Of a DNA stretch of 35,562 bases, positions 25,027 to 34,600 are shown piece after piece. Below the pieces are notes generated by a model, which saw nothing but the letters and a program-made list of their open reading frames with translations, was not told where the DNA came from and ran no database searches. Each line of letters begins with the position of its first letter. The stretch's first letter is position 1. The position numbers and the translations under genes are program-made. The DNA lies in the NCBI GenBank assembly GCA_019420425.1, contig JAHZHG010000003.1, positions 1 through 35,562 on the forward strand. Direction: 5' to 3'. This DNA is from Clostridiales bacterium (lineage in GTDB: Bacteria; Bacillota; Clostridia; Lachnospirales; Lachnospiraceae).

Positions 25027-25227
25027 ATGAAAAAGGGCAGATTCTACGCAGACAATTCCCTTTGGAATTAGCGTGGCAAGGAGTTGTTCTTCACAAGATG
25101 AATCCGCACCGGCATTGCACATATTTACAACATCGACAGCACGCATTCCTGCCGCAACGAAATCTGCTGATTTGGCAACACCGCCCTTTTCAATCATAAC
25201 TTGTTTTGCAAACGTTCTAATATCCAC
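24997..25227 (-). pseudogene. Truncated AbiEi-like (type IV TA antitoxin/transcriptional regulator) gene
   Basis: (V)DIRTFAKQVMIEKGGVAKSADFVAAGMRAVDVVNMCNAG...EEQLLATLIPKGIVCVESALFH matches AbiEi_3-type N-termini I recall from Clostridia. An internal piece is missing. The homology stops at about 25027, where repeat copy B begins. No AbiEii gene follows. Confidence 0.5.
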
Positions 25228-25417
25228 GTATTCACCAACTTCCGTTACTAAAATCACGCACACTTAATTCGCTCCTGTGTTTGTATTTAATTAAAGCGCC
25301 TATGGCAATAGGTTATTAAAAATTCTTGTAGTAATGGGTGCTCTTGGGTATAATAAAAAATGGAATATTGAGTTTGAATATATCAAATGTTACTTGGTAA
25401 GCCAAAGTGGTGAAAAA

Positions 25418-26436
25418 GTGAAGTTAGAAACAATAAGTATTAAAAATTACAGATGCTTTGAAGAGATGAAAATTTCCCTGAGCGACCATTTAACGTTGTT
25501 TGTCGGAAAAAATGGTGCAGGGAAATCTACGATATTAGATGCGATAGCCGTGTCAATCAGTACTTTTTTGTGCGGCATTGAGGGCGCTGTAAGCAGGAAT
25601 ATTCAGAAAGAGGATGCCAAATATAACTTTTATGATCTGGACGGAGTTATTGATCCGCAGCATCAGTTTCCGGTAGTAATTACAGGCTGGGGAGAGTGCA
25701 ACGGTGAAACGATTGAGTGGACGCGCGCATTAAACTCAATTGGAGGGAAAACAACGGTAAAGGATGCCCAGCAGATCATTGGTATTGCTGAGGGAGTACA
25801 AAAGCAGATTATGACCGGAAATCCAGATTGTACTGCCAATTCTCTCTTATTATAGTACTGGGAGACTGTATGCCCAAAAGAAGGAAGAGAGATTTAAAAA
25901 CGCTGCAGAAATTTAACCGGCAAGTGGGCTATCTGGACTGCATGGCTGCGGAATCAAATGAGAAAATGATGTTAAACTGGTTTGAGAAGATGACATTGAA
26001 AAGTCTGCAAAACCAGCAGAAATCTGGTGTGACAGATAAGTTGCCGCAGCTAAAAGTGGTGGAAGATGCGATTTGCAAATGTTCTCAGAAAATCAGCGGT
26101 TATCAGGAACCTGCGATGTTTTTTGACCTTGATACGCATCGGCTTCATGTTGAATACTGGGATTCCGGCAGAAAATGCCGTTTTGCGCTGAATGAGATGA
26201 GCGATGGCTATAAGAATACATTAAGCATGATAGGGGATATTGCTTACAGAATGGCTGTCCTGAATCCGCAATTAGGCGATGCAGTTCTGGATAAAACGCC
26301 GGGTATCATTTTAATTGACGAGATTGATTTACATCTCCATCCCCAGTGGCAGCAGACAATCTTGAAAGACTTGCGGGATATTTTCCCGATGGTACAGAAG
26401 GAGCATATCCGGGTGCTTGACAGCGGACGGGTTTAA
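25418..26436 (+). pseudogene. Decayed AAA/ABC-like defence-type ATPase (AAA_15/AAA_21, COG3950-like)
   Basis: GTG at 25418. It starts VKLETISIKNYRCFEEMKISLSDHLTLFVGKNGAGKSTILDAI (Walker A). Homology then moves to a second frame (IVLPILSYYSTGRLYAQKKEER, from 25827) and a third (DLKTLQKFNRQVGYLDCMAAESNEKMMLNWFEKM...GIILIDEIDLHLHPQWQ, Walker B). The protein ends abruptly after IFPMVQ, where FIVTTHSP would be expected. Confidence 0.65.
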
Positions 26437-26481
26437 CATGTGACGCACACCGGAAAAATATTCTCTTGACGATAAATCCCT

Positions 26482-26700
26482 ATGATGTTTATTCTATTAG
26501 AAAGATACTCCTTGCCGGAGAATAGAAAAAATGTATTATGTCAGGCAAAGAGGGAAATTAGAAAAATTTGTGGAAATAAAAACCATGAGGCATATTTAGC
26601 AATTTTAAAGAAGATTTATAAACGATATACAGATGAGGAAATGTTTACGCCTTACTGTGGTATTGTAATATCATGGCTGGAAGATCAACTTGGAATATAA
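26482..26700 (+). CDS. Orphan 72-aa ORF, unknown function (possibly a remnant of the ATPase partner gene)
   Basis: ORF track only. No SD or motif was recognised. A terminator follows. Confidence 0.25.
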   Translation: MMFILLERYSLPENRKNVLCQAKREIRKICGNKNHEAYLAILKKIYKRYTDEEMFTPYCGIVISWLEDQLGI

Positions 26701-26739
26701 TAGTTTACATAAAAGAAAAACTTGATAGAGCTTTTTGAT

Positions 26740-26777
26740 AAAGGACTATGGGGTATACGAAACCTTCATAGTCCTTT
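26740..26777 (+). terminator. Terminator hairpin
   Basis: Perfect 11-bp stem AAAGGACTATG/CATAGTCCTTT with a 16-nt loop, running into TTTT. Confidence 0.6.
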
Positions 26778-27025
26778 TGCAGAGGAAGGAGGGCATGTAC
26801 TGTGGATTATACTAGATACAGAATCTCTTGGTATTTTCCAGATTCGACTTATTTTAAAAGCTTTTATCTGCCTGCTCTTTAATAGGTAGTAAGCAGTGTT
26901 TTTCCGATTATCAGCATTTCGCACAGACCGTCTATACTTATCATATCATTGTAATTTACGTTTTGATATTTGATAATTGAAACTTTAGAAAACGGCAAAA
27001 ATATATTGCTCAATGCAGAAGTTCG

Positions 27026-27055
27026 TTGGATTTATTGCCGGTAATGTGATATACT
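27026..27055 (+). promoter_or_regulatory. Putative extended -10 promoter of fic
   Basis: TTGGAT (27026-27031), an 18-nt spacer, then TG-a-TATACT (27047-27055), about 50 nt upstream of the fic start. Confidence 0.35.
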
Positions 27056-27106
27056 ATAACGTAGATTTGTATAGTATCAGATTCGATTGATAACGGAGGA
27101 AAGCAG

Positions 27107-27997
27107 ATGCGATACCTTTCAGTTGCTGAAATAGCAAAAAAATGGAATATATCGGAGCGCAGTGTGAGAAATTACTGTGCTCATAGGCGTGTGCGGGGGG
27201 CTTTTCTTACCGGAAAGACCTGGAATATTCCGGAGGACGCCGAAAAACCAGAGCGTTCCAACAAAAAGAAAGAACCTCCACTCACACTGCTGGATATCCT
27301 GCAGGAACAAAAAGCAAGCAAATATTCCGGCGGTATTTACCATAAAACACAAATTGATTTAACGTATAGCTCAAACCATATTGAGGGAAGTCGTCTGACC
27401 CATGAGCAGACGAGATATATTTTTGAGACCAATACCATCGGCGTAGAGAATGAAGTTCTCAACGTAGATGATGTGATTGAAACTGCAAATCATTTTCGAT
27501 GTATTGATATGATTATCGACCATGCAAAAGCTGCTTTGACTGAGAAGTTTATCAAGGAGCTTCATCTGACTTTGAAAAGCGGAACCAGTGATTCCAGAAA
27601 AGACTGGTTTGCAGTGGGGAGTTATAAGAAGTTGCCTAATGAGGTGGGCGGCATGGATACTGCTCTACCCGAAGAAGTTGCCGGTAAGATGAAAGCATTG
27701 CTGACAATGTATAACGCAAAAGAAGAAAAGACGTTTGAAGATATTCTGGATTTCCATGTAAAGTTTGAGCGAATTCATCCGTTTCAGGACGGTAACGGTC
27801 GTATGGGCAGGCTGATTATGTTCAAGGAATGTTTGAAATATAATATCGTTCCCTTTATTATTGAGGATAACCTGAAGATGTTCTACTATAGAGGATTAAA
27901 GGAGTGGGACAATGAAAAAGGCTATTTGACAGACACATGCCTGACCGCACAGGATCGATATAAGGCGTATTTGGATTATTTCAGAATTTCATATTAA
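27107..27997 (+). CDS. Fic-family protein (class II autoinhibited type) with an N-terminal excisionase/MerR-like HTH
   Basis: 296 aa with a GGAGGAAAG SD. The HTH is LSVAEIAKKWNISERSVRNYC. The inhibitory-helix motif is SNHIEG (S/TxxxEG/N). The Fic active site is HPFQDGNGRMGR (27776-27811). Confidence 0.9.
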   Translation: MRYLSVAEIAKKWNISERSVRNYCAHRRVRGAFLTGKTWNIPEDAEKPERSNKKKEPPLTLLDILQEQKASKYSGGIYHKTQIDLTYSSNHIEGSRLTHEQTRYIFETNTIGVENEVLNVDDVIETANHFRCIDMIIDHAKAALTEKFIKELHLTLKSGTSDSRKDWFAVGSYKKLPNEVGGMDTALPEEVAGKMKALLTMYNAKEEKTFEDILDFHVKFERIHPFQDGNGRMGRLIMFKECLKYNIVPFIIEDNLKMFYYRGLKEWDNEKGYLTDTCLTAQDRYKAYLDYFRISY

Positions 27998-28292
27998 GTA
28001 AGATAATTTTCAAAGCATCAAATTTGGTTCCAAAGTGTCAATTTGATACTTTGAGGAAAAACCGAAATCAAATGTTTTCTGTGTCTCTGGCTTGATTTTA
28101 CCAATGATTTACTAATATTTCTGGAGAGTCAGACTGGACTCCAATATTTCTTGGAGTATCTGTTGTCGGACTGGAATATAGCGGGCAAATCGCGGCAAAA
28201 CGAGGCAGAATATTGTAGAATTTTGAGGAATATTTTATTATGATATGAATTGGGTAGACGGCTTCTACCCAATTTAACCGGGAGGGTATAGC

Positions 28293-29333
28293 ATGGAAAA
28301 TATTGTGACAGGTGATTTTTTTGACAGGGTATTAGAAGTTCTTAAAAAAGCCAGAGAACAAGCAAAAATGGCATTGAATATTTCTATGGTCTATTCTTAC
28401 TATGAAGTGGGACGGATGATTGTAGAAGAGGAACAGAATGGGGCGCAGAGAGCTGAATATGGGAAAGCGATTCTTAAAGAGTTATCAAAACGTTTGACGG
28501 AGAATTTAGGAAAGGGATTTTCTGTAGAAAATTTGAAACTAATGCGCAGATTTTATGTGGTATATTCCCAAGATCAAATTGGGCAGAAAGTGTCTACCCA
28601 ATTTAAAAATTTACCTGTAACAAAAGAGGGAAGGAAATTTTTCTTAAGTTTTTCGCATTATGTATTACTTATGCGTATCCCAAATATAGATGAACGTCAT
28701 TTTTATGAAATTGAAGCAGCCAGAAATGGTTGGGGAGTAAAGGAACTGGGAAGGCAGTATGATAGTGCACTATATGAACGATTAGCATTGAGCAGAGATA
28801 AAGAGGGGATAGAAAGGTTATCAACAGAAGGACAAATAATTGAGAAACCAGAAGATTTATTGAAAGACCCGTATGTTTTGGAGTTTACAGGTTTACCGGA
28901 ACTTGCAAAATATTCAGAAACGGATTTAGAAACTAGGATAATTGATCATCTGCAAGATTTCTTGTTGGAATTAGGGCGAGGATTTACTTTTGTTGGACGA
29001 CAGGTAAGATTTACTTTTGAAGATGAACACTATAGAGTAGATTTGGTATTTTATAATCGTCTGTTGCGTTGTTTTGTGCTATTTGATTTAAAGATTGGTC
29101 GATTAAAGCATCAGGACATAGGGCAGATGCAGATGTATGTGAATTATTATGACCGTAAGGTGAAATTGGAAGATGAAAATCCGACAATAGGAATCCTGCT
29201 GTGCAAAAATAAGAATGATGCTGTTGTTGAGATGACTTTGCCGGAGGATAATAATCAGATATTCGCAAGTAAGTATCTAACGGTGTTGCCTAGTAAAGAG
29301 GAATTGAAAAAGTTGATGGAAAGTGAAGAATAG
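28293..29333 (+). CDS. yhcG: YhcG/DUF1016 family PDDEXK nuclease
   Basis: 346 aa with a GGGAGGG SD. It contains the typical ...YYEVGRMIVEEEQNG..RAEYGKAILKELSKRL and WGVKELGRQ. The C-terminal PD-(D/E)xK core is YRVDLVFYNRLLRCFVLFDLKIGRL. Confidence 0.85.
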   Translation: MENIVTGDFFDRVLEVLKKAREQAKMALNISMVYSYYEVGRMIVEEEQNGAQRAEYGKAILKELSKRLTENLGKGFSVENLKLMRRFYVVYSQDQIGQKVSTQFKNLPVTKEGRKFFLSFSHYVLLMRIPNIDERHFYEIEAARNGWGVKELGRQYDSALYERLALSRDKEGIERLSTEGQIIEKPEDLLKDPYVLEFTGLPELAKYSETDLETRIIDHLQDFLLELGRGFTFVGRQVRFTFEDEHYRVDLVFYNRLLRCFVLFDLKIGRLKHQDIGQMQMYVNYYDRKVKLEDENPTIGILLCKNKNDAVVEMTLPEDNNQIFASKYLTVLPSKEELKKLMESEE

Positions 29334-29424
29334 GGATTCGGGATAAATATTATGCCAGGTACTCCTTGAACATAGAAAATAATGATAAAAAACATACGGC
29401 ACAAATCATTGTCTGGGAAATATA

Positions 29425-29574
29425 TTTTTTCCGGTTGAACATAAATTTATGTTACGTTGGAGGTATCCGGAGCTTGATAAAGTTTGTAGGCTAAATTCTG
29501 GTAATATCGTTCTTGTGGCTGGATATACAGGAATGCAGAAAAAGTGCATATTTACATCACATTGTGAACTTTAA
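29425..29574 (+). pseudogene. Fragment of a DnaB-like/RecA-fold replicative helicase gene
   Basis: FPVEHKFMLRWRYPELDKVCRLNSGNIVLVAGYTGMQKK... resembles the GFxxLDxxxxGLxxGxLxxxAxRPxMGKT Walker A region of DnaB. The GKT is lost and a stop follows. No start or remainder is present. Confidence 0.3.
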
Positions 29575-29730
29575 TATACGGAGAGGTTAAAGAGTAGTAT
29601 ATTGTTGTTTGAAAGATGCCCCTTTTGACGTTGGATTTGAAATCATAGCGGAAAATGCTCAGGTAAATGCAGAGTGTATATAAGGCATGGAATGGCTACA
29701 GAAGAAGATTGGGAGAAAATAGAGAATAGC

Positions 29731-29769
29731 AAAAAGGCTGAACCGGTAGATATCTCACCAATTCAGCCT
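29731..29769 (-). terminator. Terminator of the jet-DUF3786 operon
   Basis: 8-bp stem AGGCTGAA/TTCAGCCT with a 19-nt loop. It is followed by TTTTT only on the minus strand, about 40 nt after the DUF3786 stop. Confidence 0.5.
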
Positions 29770-29810
29770 CTGTAAAATAAATTGCTCATAAGCTCAGCAA
29801 TATCTCGTAC

Positions 29811-30455
29811 TCATTTTTCTAACATTTCCAGTAAATCCGAGACAATGCACCCGACCGTTTCATAGTGCACAAAGTCCGTAACCTGCTCATCCACCAGCAC
29901 CTGCGCCTGTGCGGGGAAGTCCTCGTCTGCGTCCCAGAAAACCAGCTGCAGGGATATGCATGGAAATGCCGCGAACTGAAACGCTGCGTCTCCCCGGGAG
30001 AGCTGCCGCCCGCCGAGCCTTTGGCAGGCTTTGGCCAACTCCTCCACTCTCCCGGTCCAGGTTTTGCAAAAGTCCGCCAGCAGCGGGTCCTGTACGGAAG
30101 CGCTCCTGCTCACCACGCCGTCCAGGGCATGGTTCGGCACCCAGCTTCCGGCAATCGCCGGTTCATCCTTCGTATAATACAGCAAATGGTAAATCGCCAT
30201 GGACTCGTTGAAATACAGCTCCTCGCTCCATACCTCTCCGTTCTGCTTTTCCAGATGCCCGTCCTCAAGCCTCAGCCGGTAGGGAACGCCAAAATAGGAA
30301 AGATACAGATACCGCTCATCCGCTTCCAATCCGAGAATCCCCGCAATTCTTCCGGGGTCAAAGCCGGCAAATGTGCTGCGCCACTGCTCCGAAACCACCT
30401 CATACTCCGCAAACCGCACGCCACGGCTCTGAAAGGCATGGTAATTTACGCTCAT
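29811..30455 (-). CDS. DUF3786-like protein, translationally coupled to jetD
   Basis: 214 aa. It contains LYLSYFGVPYRLRLEDG, IYHLLYY, GSWVPNHAL, GDAAFQFAAFPCISLQLVFWDADEDFPAQAQVLVDE. The W/LWxGDEEFP and FD/VDE pattern is what I recall for DUF3786. ATGA overlap with jetD stop (30452-30455); GGAGGGG SD sits inside the jetD 3' end. Confidence 0.7.
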   Translation of the reverse strand: MSVNYHAFQSRGVRFAEYEVVSEQWRSTFAGFDPGRIAGILGLEADERYLYLSYFGVPYRLRLEDGHLEKQNGEVWSEELYFNESMAIYHLLYYTKDEPAIAGSWVPNHALDGVVSRSASVQDPLLADFCKTWTGRVEELAKACQRLGGRQLSRGDAAFQFAAFPCISLQLVFWDADEDFPAQAQVLVDEQVTDFVHYETVGCIVSDLLEMLEK

Positions 30456-31675
30456 TCCTTCCCCTCCTGTACTGGATCATAATAACTGATAATTTCCTGC
30501 TCCAGCTTGACGCCGTGCGCCAGCATATATTCTGCCACCTCCCGGTATTGCCCGGTGAGGGTGCGCAGCCGTTTCCTGTCGTTCGCCGTCAGCTTCTGGA
30601 GGCAGGGTCGATACCGTTCGTCCTGCAGCTGCTCCACCGACATCTTATACAGCCGGAACGGGATTCCCGTTGCACTGCAGAGATGCTCATGAATAAAAAA
30701 CCCTCCGGCGTCAATATCTCCGAAATGCCAATAGGCAATCCCCGGATTATCCCGGTAAATCCGCTTTAAAAAATCTCTCTGGAACCGGTTCGCATATCCT
30801 CCCAGATAGAAAAAGGAGGTATCCTGCGCCTGGCAACGCAGATAAGCCGTCCGGTTTTCCACCGTGACCAGCTTCGGCGTGTGGACAGTGATCCGTGCGA
30901 TCTGCTCCCGCTCCTCTGCATAAAATTCAACTCCGCCGGGAAACAGCCCCAGCTCGATCTTTTCTCCCGACTTTATCATCGTCAGTTTTCCCTTCAGGCA
31001 GAGCTTCTGCTTTTCTTTTATTATCCCGTATACGCTTAAAATTTCGTCCTGCAGCTCGTCCTCCTCGCAGGGCCGCTTCAGGTATGCGCGGAGCAGCCTG
31101 CACACCTTATCCAGTGTGTTTTCCTCCAGATATTTTGAAGAGCCGTAGATCAGCATGGATGCCTCGCGGATATACAATGTCTGCTGGTTATTCTCGATAA
31201 AGACCAGGGCTTTTAACACATCCTCGATTTGCAGGTACTTTTGCGGGACAAAATTCCGCTCCAGAGCGGTTCTCAGCTTTTCGCACTCCAGCTCAGCGGC
31301 CGGCGAACGGCCGCCATATTGGGTAATCATTTGCTCCACATACCGCATTTTATCCTGCTTCGTCTCACGCTGGTAGTTTTCCTTTAAATACTGCTCGACC
31401 TCATCCACCCGCTCATCCACCAGATAAATCCGTGAAATTTCATTGCTGAACCCGTTCATTTCCACGGTTAAAAACCCTTTTTGCCTGCACGCTTCGGCGG
31501 CCTGGTTTACTGCCTCGATCTCCTCCATGTCTCCGTCGTTTTGGTTATACCCCTTGTACAGCTTTAACGGACTGAGCTGCGTCCGCTTGTGGATGCGGTT
31601 TGTTCCGCTGTCCTTCTTACTGTCTCTGTAGCTTTTCACCAAAAGCTCCAGCATCCTTTGTTCATAATCCGGCAT
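30452..31675 (-). CDS. jetD: Wadjet JetD (DUF3322 N-domain + DUF2220/Toprim nuclease domain)
   Basis: 407 aa. The C-terminal Toprim-like region is VENRTAYL...YWHFGDIDAGGFFIHEHL...LEQE. It overlaps the jetC stop by 14 nt. Confidence 0.85.
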   Translation of the reverse strand: MPDYEQRMLELLVKSYRDSKKDSGTNRIHKRTQLSPLKLYKGYNQNDGDMEEIEAVNQAAEACRQKGFLTVEMNGFSNEISRIYLVDERVDEVEQYLKENYQRETKQDKMRYVEQMITQYGGRSPAAELECEKLRTALERNFVPQKYLQIEDVLKALVFIENNQQTLYIREASMLIYGSSKYLEENTLDKVCRLLRAYLKRPCEEDELQDEILSVYGIIKEKQKLCLKGKLTMIKSGEKIELGLFPGGVEFYAEEREQIARITVHTPKLVTVENRTAYLRCQAQDTSFFYLGGYANRFQRDFLKRIYRDNPGIAYWHFGDIDAGGFFIHEHLCSATGIPFRLYKMSVEQLQDERYRPCLQKLTANDRKRLRTLTGQYREVAEYMLAHGVKLEQEIISYYDPVQEGKE

Positions 31676-34600
31676 ACGTCATCTCCTCATGGAACTGCAC
31701 AATCCCCAGCTGCATACTGTCCGCCCGCACCCGCAGTACCGGTAAAATCACTTCGCATTCATTGCCTATGGTTTCCGTCTTATCCGGCGAGCAGAAAATC
31801 ACCTGGAGCTTCTGCTGCTTCATAAAGTCCAGCATCAGCTTTACATTGCTCGGGTCCATCTTGGCAAAGGGCTCGTCAATGAATACCAGCCTGGTCGAGT
31901 TCACCCGCTGGTTATAGATCATCAGCAATGCAGAGGTCAAAATCAGCAGATACGGAATCTGCACCTCTGCGCCCGAATTGTACCCCGTCTGGCGGGAAAG
32001 CTTTGCATGATCCAGGATGTTGTTGCTAATCAGGATTTCATAGGTCATATAATTCCGGTAATCGGCAAACCGCTCAATGGTCTCCTCGCTGTTTTTCTCA
32101 ATAATCCGGTTGATGATCTGCTTCATTTCCTTCTCCAGCTGGTCTGCCTCCTCATCGGATACCGAGCTGAAGATACTGAGCGTCAGCTGGTCTGCCGAAC
32201 CGCCAAGCTGCTCCCGTTCATCTAAGAATTTGGCGTATTCAATGATTTTGGCATATTCAGAGCCATCCCGGACATAGTGAACGTCAAACTGATACTTTGC
32301 CGAAAATTCCAGCTTCGCCAGCTCTCCGTTGATCTGCTTTAAATCCTCCTGCGCCTTCTCACAGGATTTGAGAATGGTCAGCACAAACTCATTTTTGAAA
32401 ATATCCTCATACCGCCTGGTCTGCTCCTCCAGCTTGTGGCGGATTTCCTGCAAATTGTCCATCCATATCCGGTCTTTTCTGGCCGCATAGGTTTCCCGTC
32501 CGGTCGTTCCCGTGGGCAAAGGCGTGTCTGTATGCTTCCCATTATAGGCGGTCTGCAGCGCAATCAGGTCATTTTTGTGCTGCTCAATGCTTCTGGCGAT
32601 ACGGCCTCTGGTTTCCTGCGCCAGCAGCCCTCCCGGGCCTTTCATCCCTCCGGCCAGATACTTTTCATAGGCCTCAACGGCCTTCTGCACCACCGTATAC
32701 GCAGTAAGCTCAAACTCCTTAAAGCTGCCCTCCTCCGCCTCAAGCTCTTCTGACTTGTGGGCAATCGTACTTTTGCAGACACGGATTCTGGTTTCCAGCT
32801 CGCTTCCCGTCTGTATCTTTTCACTCTGCTCCCGCTTTACCGCGGCCTGCTCATCCTCCAGATGCGCCGCCAGCTGGCTCAATTCCAGAAATTCCCGGTT
32901 ATTCTGCTGTGCCTTTTTCAGGCGCTTTAACCGCTTTTCCGAATCCGTACACAGCTCTGCCGCCCTCTGATACGCCTGATGGGCATCATAATTATACGCC
33001 TGGAAAAATTCCTTATCCCGGCTCAACTGATTTTTCCGTGCCTCCAGCTCGTTTTTCTCCGCAAGCTTCTGCTTCTTTTCCTCCTGCAGGCGGGCAATCT
33101 CCCTCTCCGCACGGATGCGGTTCAGCTCAAAGGTTTTCTGGCCCAGATAGTAGTACCGGATTTTATCGAACCGCAGAAAATAGCTGTCCATGGCTACGGA
33201 CACGCGGCCTTCTTTGGAAATCGCATTTTCATAATCGCGCACCCTGCGAATATCCACCGCATGCATACGTCCCAGCTGATAGTCAAAATACTTCTGGGCA
33301 ACCGGGTTGCGGATTTCCAGCATACGGGATACGGCGTCCTCCTCCGGCTCCACCTTTTTCTTCATCAGCAGCTTTGTATTGAATAAATGTGCATATTTAT
33401 ACTGGGAACGATTCAGCACATCATCCGCAATATCATAGTATTTCGGCTCCACCAGAATGCTGTAGCGGCGTATGCCAAGGAATGCTTCGATGGCATCCCG
33501 CCACGTCTCGTCCGTAAGGCCGATTACATACTCGCAGGCGAACTGCGCCTTTGACTGAATATTCCTTTTGGCAAATTCCCGGTTAATCTCGTCCCTGAGG
33601 CCTACGTATTCCGGAATCTGCGCGTATGCGTTTCTGTGCTTTTTGCACTCCTCCAGAATATTCAGCTGCAGATTCAGCTTCCGGCCCAGCTCCTCCAGCT
33701 CATGTTCAATAAGGGCCAGCCGTTTTACCTGTGTATCGTAGGTTTCCTCCACGTCCCTTTTCAGCCCGGCCACCGCATTTTCCTTATCCATGGCCGGGTA
33801 TGCGCCGCTGCACAGGGAGGTCAGGATTTCCTTTTTTTCTACGGTTCTTTCTTCCTTCATGAACACATACAGTATCTCGCTGATCTTCGTCTGAAACTCC
33901 TCCAGCTCCTGTTTTTCCAGCGAAAGCCGCCGCCGTTCTTCCTTCAGGGCAGTTAACCGCTTCTCCTCCTCGTCAATCATCTGCATACAGTCCAGCGCCT
34001 TCAGGCTGATCTTCGCCTGAACCAGCCGGTTATCCAGCTCCTTCGTCCGGGCCTCCAGAACCTCCAGCGCCCGGCGGATTTCCTCCTTCTGCTTTGCCGC
34101 CAGCTCCTGCTCGCGGCTCTGCTCCTCGATCTCTGCCTTCAGCCGCTGGATCTTTTTGTACACAATCTTAATATCATCGGACAGGAGGCGATCCTTTTCA
34201 TGCTCATACGTATCGTATTCCCCCAGGATTCCCTCCAGCTCTCCGATCTCACTCTGAATCAGCTGGAAGTTCTGGTTGAGCCGTTCGATATTTTCCTTTG
34301 CCTCAATCAGCTTGGTAAAATCGACCTTCTTCTCCTCCAGAACGCTCTTCCGGATAAACTGGTCGTTCTTGGCGTCCGGGTCATAGCTCATGATTCCCCG
34401 CAGCTTACGCAAATACGTCCCGGTCTGGCTCAGATTCAGCTTCAATCCCGTCATCTGCATAAAACGGGGAATCCCCTGCTCCCGGTTCATCAGGTTCAGT
34501 CCATATCGCTTCTGCAGGGCCGAGGCCGAGTACGGCATAAGCGCTCCGTTATCGGTATACGTATGCTCCATCTCTGCCAGAGAGGTTTTATCCAGCACAT

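Noticed and set aside
26795-26815. Six-codon ORF right after a strong GGAAGGAGGG sequence
   Set aside because: The SD-to-ATG spacing is only about 1 nt and the ORF is trivially short. The purine run is probably fortuitous.
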